Shown here: positions 37,804 through 47,057 of the stretch, piece by piece
How positions within the stretch are numbered: the stretch's first letter is position 1
Layout: each line of letters opens with the position of its first letter
From: an uncultured virus (IMG/VR IMGVR_UViG_3300034684_000282)
Taxonomy: Duplodnaviria; Heunggongvirae; Uroviricota; Caudoviricetes
Virus record (IMG/VR): IMGVR_UViG_3300034684_000282
Reading direction: 5' to 3' (one strand)
DNA length: 60,583 nucleotides
Translations under genes and position numbers: made by a program
Notes under the pieces: generated by a model
Seen by the model: only the letters and a program-made list of their open reading frames with translations
The model's database searches: none
What the model was told of the DNA's origin: nothing

Positions 37804-38613
37804 GTGGGTCTGAGAGACTTAGCCAGTGTGCTACCGGTAGAGCACGCGCTTAGAGTGGCTGACAGTAAGCCCGAGTTAGTTGATTGGACTAAAATTTGCT
37901 ACACCGCGAAGTTGCCTGAGTCATTTATTGAGAAGCACAAGAACAGAGTCGACTGGCACTACGTCTCCAACTCTCAGAAGCTGTCTGAGGAGTTTATTGA
38001 GAAACACAAGGATGAAGTTGACTGGGTGGCTGTCTGCGAGTACCAGAAGCTTTCGGAGGAGTTTATCGACAGGCACAGAGACAGGGTTGTCTGGTCTCGA
38101 GTGTCTAAATATCAAAAGCTGTCTCCGTCATTTATCGACAAGCACGCTGACAGGGTTGACTGGATGCTTGTCTCGAAGTACCAGGAGTTACCTGAGTCGC
38201 TTATTGAAAAGTATAAAGACAGAGTCAATTGGTACTACGTTTCTATGTATCAGAAATTGTCCGAGGAATTTATCGAGAGGCATAGAAACTTTGTTGACTG
38301 GCCGGCAGTTTCCGCACACCAGAAACTGTCTGAGGAGTTTATAGAGAGGCATAGGGACGAGGTAGATTGGAACGCTGTTTCCGAACACCAGGAGCTTTCT
38401 GAGAAGTTTATCGAAAAGTTTAAAGATAGAGTAAATTGGGAAGCTATCTCCATATACCAGAGGTTGTCCGAGGAGTTTATCGAGAGGCACGCTGACAGGG
38501 TTGACTGGTTCCACATCCTAAACTCTCAGAAGCACTTGTCTAGTGAGTTTAGAAAGAAGCATGCGTGGAGAATCGCACCGTCACTTAAGAAACACCCAGT
38601 AAAGAAACGGTAG
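37804..38613 (+). CDS. tryptophan-repeat protein 2 (10 units)
   Basis: Same N-cap and repeat; the GTG start aligns with the paralogs. Confidence 0.9.
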   Translation: MGLRDLASVLPVEHALRVADSKPELVDWTKICYTAKLPESFIEKHKNRVDWHYVSNSQKLSEEFIEKHKDEVDWVAVCEYQKLSEEFIDRHRDRVVWSRVSKYQKLSPSFIDKHADRVDWMLVSKYQELPESLIEKYKDRVNWYYVSMYQKLSEEFIERHRNFVDWPAVSAHQKLSEEFIERHRDEVDWNAVSEHQELSEKFIEKFKDRVNWEAISIYQRLSEEFIERHADRVDWFHILNSQKHLSSEFRKKHAWRIAPSLKKHPVKKR

Positions 38614-38629
38614 CTTTGGAGGGATATGC

Positions 38630-39127
38630 ATGAGTTTAGAAGACCTAGCGAGTGTCCTACCTGTAGAACTCGCGCTCAAAGTAGCTGAGTCTAAGCCTGA
38701 GTTGATAAACTGGCACTGGCTATCTAGAAACGTTAGACTACCGGAGGAGTTAATCGCGAAGTATAAGGACTACGTTAACTGGCAGCTTATCTCAAGATAT
38801 CAAACACTGTCCGAGGAGTTTATCGATCGATACAGTGACTTAGTCGACTGGCCAGCCGTCTCTCAGCACCAGAAACTCTCGGACTCGTTTATTGAAAAGC
38901 ACCGAGACAAGGTTTACTGGTACGCCATTGCCAAGTACCAGGAGTTGTCTGAACCGCTCATTGAGAAGTATGGGGAATTACTAGGTTGGGACCTTGTTTC
39001 TATGTATCAGAAGCTGTCTGAGGAGTTTATTAAGAAGCATAGGAACAAGCTCGACGGGTACTACATTGCTAAAAATCAAAAATTACCTGGAAAACTCAGG
39101 GAAAGAGTAAGAAAGTATTTTAATTAA
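38630..39127 (+). CDS. tryptophan-repeat protein 3 (6 units)
   Basis: Same N-cap and repeat. Confidence 0.9.
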   Translation: MSLEDLASVLPVELALKVAESKPELINWHWLSRNVRLPEELIAKYKDYVNWQLISRYQTLSEEFIDRYSDLVDWPAVSQHQKLSDSFIEKHRDKVYWYAIAKYQELSEPLIEKYGELLGWDLVSMYQKLSEEFIKKHRNKLDGYYIAKNQKLPGKLRERVRKYFN

Positions 39128-39136
39128 ATAAACGAC

Positions 39137-39338
39137 AGAAGTCGCCCACTTCTATAAGTGGGTGATGAATGTTGCAAAAATATATAAAAAATGCTACAAT
39201 TATTATAGCGAAAACCAAGCTAATTAGCCATGTAGATGGTATATGCGGGGACGGAACAGCCCTTTGAGCGTGGGTAACCTGGTAACAGAAGTTACCTTGA
39301 CCACGAAGCCACCACTTCTATAAGTGGGGGTAGTTCAC
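39137..39338 (+). mobile_element. non-autonomous IS200/IS605-family remnant (both end hairpins, no tnpA/tnpB)
   Basis: CCACTTCTATAAGTGG hairpin at both ends; terminates in GTAGTTCAC; internal TTGCAA-N17-TACAAT. The left boundary is approximate. Confidence 0.8.
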
Positions 39339-39367
39339 AATATATTTAATTATTGTGGAGTAAAGAG

Positions 39368-40003
39368 ATGAGTCTAAAAGACTTAGTAAATATATTACCA
39401 GAAAAATATATGTTTAAGATAGCAGAGGTTAAGCCTGAGTCAGTAGACTGGGAGTATCTTTCTGCTAACGTCAAGCTGTCGGAGAAGTTTATTAAAAGGT
39501 ACGGCGACAGGGTCAACTGGAAGAGCGTCTCCCAGTACCAGCAGCTGTCTGAAGCGTTTATTGAAAGGCATGCCAATAGAGTTGACTGGGAGTATATATC
39601 TAGGTTTCAAAAACTGTCTGAATCGTTTATTGAAAGGCACGCAGACAGAGTTGACTGGGACAACGTTTCTATATACCAAAAGCTGTCTGAATCGTTTATT
39701 GAGAGACATACTAACAGAGTTGACTGGTACTATGTCTCTCAGTACCAAGAGCTGTCTGAATCGTTTATCGAGAAGCATAAAAACGACGTTTACTGGTACT
39801 GTATATCGCGGTACCAGGACCTGTCTGAGGAATTTATCGACAAGTATAGAGATATGGTTGACTGGGAAGTAGTCTCTAAGTATCAGCAGTTGTCCGAAGA
39901 GTTTATCGAAAAGCATGAGGATTTAGTTGACTGGGAAAACGTATTTCGCTACCAAGATATATCTAGAGAGTTTAGAGAAAGGTACCAACATAAATTACAG
40001 TAA
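39368..40003 (+). CDS. tryptophan-repeat protein 4 (8 units)
   Basis: Same N-cap and repeat. Confidence 0.9.
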   Translation: MSLKDLVNILPEKYMFKIAEVKPESVDWEYLSANVKLSEKFIKRYGDRVNWKSVSQYQQLSEAFIERHANRVDWEYISRFQKLSESFIERHADRVDWDNVSIYQKLSESFIERHTNRVDWYYVSQYQELSESFIEKHKNDVYWYCISRYQDLSEEFIDKYRDMVDWEVVSKYQQLSEEFIEKHEDLVDWENVFRYQDISREFRERYQHKLQ

Positions 40004-40071
40004 GTTTAAGTTTTAAACAGTAGTAGGAGTTTGGTTGCTAGAGAAAAGACTCTAGTTTGGAGGGTTAAACA

Positions 40072-40851
40072 GTGAGTGTTAGGGACTTAATGGATGTGCT
40101 ACCAGACGAGTACAAGTTTAAGCTGATGGATGCTAGGCCGGAGCTGTTTGACTGGCGTAGTATTTCAAACGAGTTTAAACTCTCGGAGTCGTTTATTGAG
40201 AAACACAAGGACAGGGTTGATTGGTCGAATGTCTCTAGGTACCAGCAACTGTCCGAACCGTTTATCGAGAAGTACGCAGACAGGGTTGACTGGGAGCAGA
40301 TTTCGGAGAGCCAGCGGTTGACCGAACCCTTTATTGAAAAGTTTAAGGATAGAGTTGACTGGGAAAATATCTCCCGCTACCAAAAACTGTCCGAGAAATT
40401 TATCAACAAGTATGCTGATAGAGTCGATTGGTACTACATCTCGCGGTATCAAAAACTGTCGGAACCATTTATCGAGAAGCACGCTGACAAGCTTAACTGG
40501 AACAACATCTCCCGCTACCAAAAGTTGTCCGAAGCGTTTATCGAAAAGCACGCTGACAAGGTTGACTGGGAGTCTATCTCCGCGTACCAAAGACTGTCGG
40601 AACCCTTTATTGAAAAGTTTAAGGACCGGGTTGACTGGGGGCTCGTTTCTGAATTTCAGAAACTGTCCGAGCCGTTTATTGAAAAGCACAAGGATCTAGT
40701 CAGCTGGTACTTTATCTCCGCACACCAGAAGCTGTCCGAGGAGTTCATCGAAAAGCACGCCGGCAAAGTTGACTGGGAGAACATATTCAACCACCAAAAG
40801 TTGTCTAAAAAGTTTAGAGATAAGTATTACTATAAAGTGCGTGTAATCTAA
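40072..40851 (+). CDS. tryptophan-repeat protein 5 (10 units)
   Basis: Same N-cap and repeat. Confidence 0.9.
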   Translation: MSVRDLMDVLPDEYKFKLMDARPELFDWRSISNEFKLSESFIEKHKDRVDWSNVSRYQQLSEPFIEKYADRVDWEQISESQRLTEPFIEKFKDRVDWENISRYQKLSEKFINKYADRVDWYYISRYQKLSEPFIEKHADKLNWNNISRYQKLSEAFIEKHADKVDWESISAYQRLSEPFIEKFKDRVDWGLVSEFQKLSEPFIEKHKDLVSWYFISAHQKLSEEFIEKHAGKVDWENIFNHQKLSKKFRDKYYYKVRVI

Positions 40852-40928
40852 AGTTTAAGCAATAGTAGAAATAGAAAAAAGTTTATGGAAAGATCAAGAC
40901 GGCTTTTTAGAAAGGGTTGGAGATAAAA

Positions 40929-41498
40929 ATGAGTTTAAGAGACTTGATAAATGTGTTACCGGAAGAACATGTACTTAAGATAATAGAGACTAAACCTGAG
41001 TTAGTAGATTGGTCAGAAATTTCTGCTAATGTCAGGTTGTCGGAGGAGTTCATTGAGAGATACGCAGACAGAGTTGATTGGTTCAACATTTCTAAATATC
41101 AAAAGTTATCAGAACCATTTATAGAAAAGTACAAAGACATGCTTAACTGGTACAATATTTCAAAATATCAGAAACTATCTGAAGAGTTTATCGATAAATA
41201 CAGAAACAAAGTTGACTGGGATAGCATCTCCAGTTATCAGAAACTGTCCGAACCTTTTATTGAAAAATACAAGAACTATGTTAACTGGTTGTATATTTCT
41301 ATGCATCAGAAGTTATCCGAAGAGTTTATCGAAAAGCATGAGTACGATGTTAATTGGTCAGTTATTTCTAGGTATCAAAGGCTATCTGAGTTGTTTATCG
41401 AAAAACATAGTAGAGACGTAGATTGGTATAATATTTTGTCCTATCAGAAGCATTTGTCTAACAAGTTTAGGGCAAAACACAGTAAACGTATCCAATAG
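40929..41498 (+). CDS. tryptophan-repeat protein 6 (7 units)
   Basis: Same N-cap and repeat. Confidence 0.9.
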   Translation: MSLRDLINVLPEEHVLKIIETKPELVDWSEISANVRLSEEFIERYADRVDWFNISKYQKLSEPFIEKYKDMLNWYNISKYQKLSEEFIDKYRNKVDWDSISSYQKLSEPFIEKYKNYVNWLYISMHQKLSEEFIEKHEYDVNWSVISRYQRLSELFIEKHSRDVDWYNILSYQKHLSNKFRAKHSKRIQ

Positions 41499-41527
41499 AA
41501 AAATAATAATTTTATAGGAGTAAAAAA

Positions 41528-41959
41528 ATGAGTTTAAAAGACTTGGTACGTACACTACCGGAAAATTACTTACTTAAATTAGATGATAGTAAGCCTGAGT
41601 TAATTGATTGGACTAAAATTTGCGATACCGTAAAACTGTCTAAATCATTTATTGAGAAATACAAGAACAGAATTGATTGGCACTACATTTCTAGATCTAA
41701 AAAACTATCTGAAAAGTTTATTGACAAGTACAAGGACTGGGTTGATTGGGAGGAAATTTCTAAGTACCAGAAACTATCTGAACCATTTATTGAAAAACAC
41801 AAGGATCTAGTTAACTGGAAGCAAATTGCGGAGCGCCAAGAACTGTCTGAATCGTTTATTGAGAAGCACAGTGACAAAGTAGATTGGTTCACGATTTTTG
41901 TCTATCAGAAACACTTATCCGATGAGTTTAGGGCAAAACACAGTAAACGTATTCAGTAA
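41528..41959 (+). CDS. tryptophan-repeat protein 7 (5 units)
   Basis: Same N-cap and repeat. Confidence 0.9.
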   Translation: MSLKDLVRTLPENYLLKLDDSKPELIDWTKICDTVKLSKSFIEKYKNRIDWHYISRSKKLSEKFIDKYKDWVDWEEISKYQKLSEPFIEKHKDLVNWKQIAERQELSESFIEKHSDKVDWFTIFVYQKHLSDEFRAKHSKRIQ

Positions 41960-41988
41960 AGGGATGTTAATTTTTGGGAGGAGTAAAG

Positions 41989-42694
41989 GTGAGTCTAAGA
42001 GATTTAGTCAGCATGCTACCGATGGAGTACCTGCTTAAAGTGATAGATAGAAAACCTGAGTTAGTAAACTGGAGAGAACTTTCTGCTAATGCTGAGCTGT
42101 CGGAGGAGTTTATCGAAAAATACAGTGACAGGGTTAACTGGAAAGATATCTCCCAGTACCAACAGTTGTCTGAACCATTCATCGAAAGGCACGCTGGTAA
42201 AGTTGACTGGAAGTACATTTCTAGGTTTCAGAAACTGTCCGAATCCTTTATCGAAAAGCACGCCGACGAAGTTGACTGAGACAGCGTTTCTATGTACCAA
42301 AAACTTTCTGAGTCGTTTATCGAGAAACACACTGACAGAGTCAACTGGATTAATGTCTCTATCTACCAAACTTTATCGGAGGAGTTTATTGAAAGGTACA
42401 AAGATAAGGTTAACTGGTTTGCTATTTCCGCTTATCAGAAACTCTCAGAACCTTTTATCGAAAAGTTTAGGAACAGGGTTGATTGGAAAGCTATATCTAT
42501 GCATCAGAAGTTGTCCGAGTCATTCATCGAAAAGTATAAGGACAGGGAGGGTTAACTGGTACTTTATTTCTGAGTACCAGAAGCTGTCCGAAGAATTTAT
42601 TGAAAGGCATAGAGATAAAGTTTATTGGGAAATTATTTTTAAGTATCAAGACTTGTCTGACGAGTTTAGAAAAAAATGGAAAAATAGGAGATAA
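41989..42694 (+). pseudogene. tryptophan-repeat pseudogene (9 units)
   Basis: TGG>TGA at 42277-42279 and a 4-bp duplication (GACAGGGAGGGTT) near 42547. Confidence 0.85.
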
Positions 42695-42697
42695 AAA

Positions 42698-43420
42698 ATG
42701 AGTTTAAGAGATTTAACTGCTGTGCTGCCCAAAGAGTACCTAGACAAAGTCGTTAAAAGTAAGCCTGAACTAGTTGACTTTGACTACATTTCTACATACC
42801 GCGAGTTGCCCGAAGAGTTTATTGAAAAGTATAGAGACTACGTTGACTGGCTAGCTATTTCTAACCATCAGAAGTTGTCCGAACCGTTTATCGAGAAGTA
42901 CAGGGACAGGGTAGACTGGGAGAGTATCTCAAAAAATCAACGCCTCTCAGAAGAGTTTATTGAAAAGTACAGTGACAAAGTTGACTGGTACTACATCTCC
43001 GAGTACCAGAAGCTGTCTGAGTCGTTCATTGAGAGGCACGCGGATAAGGTTAACTGGTACTCTATCTCAAGGGATCAGCAGCTGTCTGAGGCGTTTATCG
43101 AAAAGTACAGTGATAGAGTCGACTGGGACTCTATCTTTAGGTTTCAGAGGTTGTCTGAACCGTTCATTAGAAAGTTTGTTAAGAAATTTAAAAACAACGT
43201 TGACTGGCGCAATATTTCTATGTACCAGGAGCTGTCGGAAGACTTCATTGAGAGGTACCGAAACTATGTTGACTGGGACGCTATTTCGCTGCGACAAAAT
43301 TTATCGGAGGAGTTTGTTAAGAAGTACAGTGACAAGCTTGACTGGTTTTACATTTCTAGAAACAAGAAGTTGTCTGAGAAGTTTAAAGAGAGAGTAAAGA
43401 CTTACTTTAATAAGAAATAG
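42698..43420 (+). CDS. tryptophan-repeat protein 9 (9 units)
   Basis: Same N-cap and repeat; one 4-aa insertion. Confidence 0.9.
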   Translation: MSLRDLTAVLPKEYLDKVVKSKPELVDFDYISTYRELPEEFIEKYRDYVDWLAISNHQKLSEPFIEKYRDRVDWESISKNQRLSEEFIEKYSDKVDWYYISEYQKLSESFIERHADKVNWYSISRDQQLSEAFIEKYSDRVDWDSIFRFQRLSEPFIRKFVKKFKNNVDWRNISMYQELSEDFIERYRNYVDWDAISLRQNLSEEFVKKYSDKLDWFYISRNKKLSEKFKERVKTYFNKK

Positions 43421-43475
43421 TAGATCTAAAATAGAAAGTTTTTATAAAAAAAATAATAGTATAATTGTATATAAA

Positions 43476-43608
43476 GTTTCTGGATACCAAAAGTTATCCA
43501 AGAAGTTCATCGACAAGCAATAGAGATAAACTTAGCTGGTCGTTTATCTCTTTGAATGAAAAAATACCCGAGAAAGTTAAGGAAAGAGTGAAAGTTTATT
43601 TTGACTAA
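43476..43608 (+). pseudogene. 3' remnant of a tryptophan-repeat gene
   Basis: VSGYQKLSKKFIDK, a frameshift, then RDKLSWSFISLNEKIPEKVKERVKVYFD*. Confidence 0.75.
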
Positions 43609-43632
43609 GTTATTTTTTAAGGGGAGATAAGA

Positions 43633-44268
43633 GTGAGTTTATATGATTTAATTAATATATTACCCACAGAGTATATGCTTAAACTGTTGGATACTAGACC
43701 TGACTTAGTAGATTGGAAAAAAATTTCTAGTGAATGTAAGCTGTCGGAGGAGTTTATTGAAGAGCACAAGGACAAGATAGACTGGAAACTTATCTCCGGG
43801 TATCAAGACCTGTCCGAAGACTTCATTGAAAAGTATAAAGACAGGCTGGACTGGCTGTACATCGCTATGCACCAGAAGCTGTCTGAACCGTTTATTGAAA
43901 AGTACAAAGACAGGTTGAACTGGTACACCGTTTCTATGTGCCAAAAGCTGTCGGAGGAGTTTATTGAAGAGCACAAGGACAAGATAGACTGGAAACTTAT
44001 CTCCGGGTATCAAGACCTGTCCGAAGACTTCATTGAAAAACATAAGGATAGGGTAGTTTGGATGCTTATCTCTAAGTACCAGCAGTTGTCTGAACCGTTT
44101 ATTGAAAAGTACAAAGATAGGGTTGACTGGTATCAGATATCTGGTAGTCAGAAGCTGTCTGAATCGTTTATCGAAAAGCACGCAGATAGAGTTCACTGGG
44201 ACCAGATTTTTAAATACCAAAATTTATCTAAAGAGTTTAGAAAAAAGTATGAGAAAGTATATCTTTAA
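43633..44268 (+). CDS. tryptophan-repeat protein 11 (8 units)
   Basis: Same N-cap and repeat. An exact internal duplication of about 95 bp starts at 43738 and 43945, offset 207 = 3 units. Confidence 0.9.
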   Translation: MSLYDLINILPTEYMLKLLDTRPDLVDWKKISSECKLSEEFIEEHKDKIDWKLISGYQDLSEDFIEKYKDRLDWLYIAMHQKLSEPFIEKYKDRLNWYTVSMCQKLSEEFIEEHKDKIDWKLISGYQDLSEDFIEKHKDRVVWMLISKYQQLSEPFIEKYKDRVDWYQISGSQKLSESFIEKHADRVHWDQIFKYQNLSKEFRKKYEKVYL

Positions 44269-44367
44269 CCACTATGTGAAGAATAAACAACGCATGCGTA
44301 GTTAATAACTACTAGTCAATAATAAACTTAAATATTGGAAAGAGTCTTAACTTTGGAGGACTAAGTT

Positions 44368-44660
44368 TTGAGTGTTAAGGACCTGATAGACATACTGCCG
44401 GAAGAGTATAAGTTTAAAGTCATAGATGCTAGGCCAGGGTTGTTTGACTGGGGTAGGATCTCTACTGAATTCAAACTCTCAGAATCGTTTATTGAGAAAC
44501 ACAAAAACAGAGTCGACTGGTGGCATATTTCAAAATACCAGAAACTGTCTGAATCCTTTATCGAGAAGTTTAGTGATAGGGTTGACTGGAGTAACATCTC
44601 AGCCTATTAAAGGCTGTCTGACTCGTTTATCGAGAAACATAAGGATAAAATACACCAATA
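44368..44660 (+). pseudogene. truncated tryptophan-repeat gene
   Basis: N-cap nearly identical to 40072. CAA>TAA at 44608; repeat sequence continues briefly and there is no C-cap. Confidence 0.8.
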
Positions 44661-44706
44661 AGTATATAAAAACATTTATAAAAAAAAGTAAGGAGACGTG
44701 ATTTAG

Positions 44707-45726
44707 GTGTATTCAGTCTTAGACAAGATTAACATGATCTTAGCTAGCATTAAGCTGAGTGATTACAAGAAGTATTACGGTAAGGCACACAAGAAGCGGG
44801 GGGAGAACAAGGTTGTCATCAAGTACCTAGACTTCTTCTTCGGCGGTCCGGCTGACAAGAAGGGTCGGGACCGCATCTACCTGCCGTACGACGTGACTCA
44901 GAGCGAGGAGTTTATTAAGCTACGAGACAAGATAGCGTCGTTTATAGCGAAGGAAGGGTTTACCATCAGCGACTTCCAGCAGGGTCTCGCTAAGAAGACT
45001 GGGAGCAACAACCAGTACAAGATAGGTAAGATACTAAACTCTATGAGGAAGAAGTACCCGGTGGAGGCGGACGAACTCCTAAAACTCTACGCTGAGTCAA
45101 AAAGCGGTGAGTCAGACTACCTGATAGTTGTTTCAAGACACCCTTACGACGTTGCGGGAGCCAGCACCGGTCGAAGCTGGGCGCACAATTCTTGCATGTC
45201 TCTAGAGTACCGTGAACGCAACACGGGTGCCGTTCAGTGGAAGACTGTCCCTCACGCCATCGAGCTGGGGGCGATGGTAGCGTTCCTAATCCGCAAGGAC
45301 GACAAGAACATCAACGACCCGCTGGCTAGAATATTCATCAAGCCCTACTTTAACGAGTCAGAGACGGCGATAGTCTACAAGCCGGACCAGACCATCTACG
45401 GTAAGTACGACAAGCTGTTTTTGTCAATCGTTAACGAGTGGGTTGAGGAGAAGAATAAGGAGGCTGCTAACGAGTTCAGGCACGCGCTGGTTGACGTGTA
45501 CACTCTGGGTAAGGGAATCTACGACCAAGAGGGTAAGAGGTCAATACTTAAGGTCAAGGACTTGAGTGGAGACGTAACCGACGAGGAGTTGATGAATGTA
45601 GTTAAGTCCTTAGCTAAGATGGACAGGGATGTTATCGTTGAAACGGTGTCTGAGATTAAAAAGAGCAGGCCTGACATAGTGGACAGGCTATACAACGCCA
45701 TCGTTGAGTTTCTAATTAAGAGTTAA
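44707..45726 (+). CDS. conserved large-phage hypothetical protein
   Basis: SRHPYDVAGASTGRSW..SCM...PLARIFIKPY. Confidence 0.7.
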   Translation: MYSVLDKINMILASIKLSDYKKYYGKAHKKRGENKVVIKYLDFFFGGPADKKGRDRIYLPYDVTQSEEFIKLRDKIASFIAKEGFTISDFQQGLAKKTGSNNQYKIGKILNSMRKKYPVEADELLKLYAESKSGESDYLIVVSRHPYDVAGASTGRSWAHNSCMSLEYRERNTGAVQWKTVPHAIELGAMVAFLIRKDDKNINDPLARIFIKPYFNESETAIVYKPDQTIYGKYDKLFLSIVNEWVEEKNKEAANEFRHALVDVYTLGKGIYDQEGKRSILKVKDLSGDVTDEELMNVVKSLAKMDRDVIVETVSEIKKSRPDIVDRLYNAIVEFLIKS

Positions 45727-45993
45727 TCCTGCGGGTAATTTTAGTAAATTCAAACTTAACCGCGCGTACAGCGGGGGGTCCCCGGTACTTGTTGTGTATA
45801 CACACGGTGACCGCAAGAGTATGTACAACCCGCTACCTTTGTAGTATAATTTAACGGTGGGAGGTAGATGAACGCGCGGGTTACCTGATGAATAGTAAAA
45901 CTTAGAGGCTGTTGGATTGGAAAACTTGTAGGCTGGAAGATGCGGTTGATTTAAATTATAACTAATCTAATTGTAAAGGAGTTTGACATACAA

Positions 45994-46305
45994 ATGCCTA
46001 AGAAGCGCGAGTTTTCAGCGAAGGATCTAGATAAGATAATTCTCAGCGGTAAGTCAATACGCGCGGCTGCGTTTGAAGACGAAGCCGAGGAAACCAACGC
46101 TGAGGAAATTCTTGAAGAGCTCTTAGAGCAGATTCTCTTAGAAACGGACATTATAAGCGTTGACAGAGTATCTACGTTTGAGGAAGCTGGAGTCATGACT
46201 AAGAACAGGGGCTTAGTGTTTGAAGTGTCTGAGTTGGAAGACACCAACACCGGAAAGATAATAGAGGGACCCTTTGAGTTTTATATAACTATCAGTAGCC
46301 GGTAG
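45994..46305 (+). CDS. acidic hypothetical protein (paralog A)
   Basis: TFEEAGVMTKNRGLV...GPFEF. Confidence 0.7.
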   Translation: MPKKREFSAKDLDKIILSGKSIRAAAFEDEAEETNAEEILEELLEQILLETDIISVDRVSTFEEAGVMTKNRGLVFEVSELEDTNTGKIIEGPFEFYITISSR

Positions 46306-46314
46306 AATAGGAGA

Positions 46315-46668
46315 GTGGTAAAAGTGAAAGAATATAAAGATATATCTCCAGATAATTTAGATAGAATAATGGCGAAGTTAGTAGGGTCAAGGGAAGTTGA
46401 TGATAATTTCAATGACGACAGCGAAGACGAGGTAGACCCCGAGTGGTTAGAGGAGCAGAGTGACCCAGAGAAAGTGTTTGAGTATAACTTAGCCCAAGCC
46501 TTACTTGAGTACGACCCAGGCGTTATGTCCATCGCTACGTTTAACGAAGTTGGGGTTTTGACCGGCAACGCGGGGTTAGTAGTCGAGGTAAAAAAGATGG
46601 AGAGTGAGTCAGGCGAAGTACTGAGGGGGCCCTTTGAGTTTAGGGTGACTATAGTTCGGAGTAAGTAG
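46315..46668 (+). CDS. acidic hypothetical protein (paralog B)
   Basis: TFNEVGVLTGNAGLV...GPFEF. Confidence 0.7.
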   Translation: MVKVKEYKDISPDNLDRIMAKLVGSREVDDNFNDDSEDEVDPEWLEEQSDPEKVFEYNLAQALLEYDPGVMSIATFNEVGVLTGNAGLVVEVKKMESESGEVLRGPFEFRVTIVRSK

Positions 46669-46748
46669 AAGCAAATAAAGTGTAAGGGGGTTGTCACTTT
46701 GAACTCAGCAACGGTTAGTGACATGGATAAAATTTTACTAGAAAAGGA

Positions 46749-47057
46749 GTGATAGATAAAATGATAAAGAAAAAACGTGTTGATAAAACGTCGACAAGCA
46801 CACGCAAAATTGTAGCAGCTAAAAATAATATTAACCTAGTAAGGAGTAGGAAAAATACAAGTTTCGATATAAGTGACATCGACGAAGCGTCTATCATCTT
46901 AGACGACATCAATACGAGAGACTATCCTGACTTTTCGGACGCCTACATTTCTTACGCGGAGTTTAAGGACGGTACTCCTTTAACTGACGAGCAGTTGGAT
47001 GAACTTAACAGAGATTCTAGCTTTATTCACGAAATGGTGATGAAGCTGTTTAGTTAG
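46749..47057 (+). CDS. conserved phage hypothetical protein
   Basis: DYPDFSDAYISYA...LTDEQLDELN. Confidence 0.7.
   Translation: MIDKMIKKKRVDKTSTSTRKIVAAKNNINLVRSRKNTSFDISDIDEASIILDDINTRDYPDFSDAYISYAEFKDGTPLTDEQLDELNRDSSFIHEMVMKLFS

Noticed and set aside
42277..42279. TGA read as Trp (alternative genetic code)
   Set aside because: TGA terminates many other genes normally, and the same gene also has a frameshift, so it is a pseudogene.
36825..44660. Repeat array as a CRISPR array or DGR target
   Set aside because: The repeats are in-frame 69-bp coding units with synonymous variation. There are no spacers, no reverse transcriptase, and no adenine-specific template/variable pair in the window.
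37294..44701. Long alternative-frame and antisense ORFs across the repeat genes
   Set aside because: They are shadow ORFs produced by the repeated codon pattern and have no RBS or independent features. Only the 3' end of 42089-42694 is real, as the frameshifted tail of the pseudogene.
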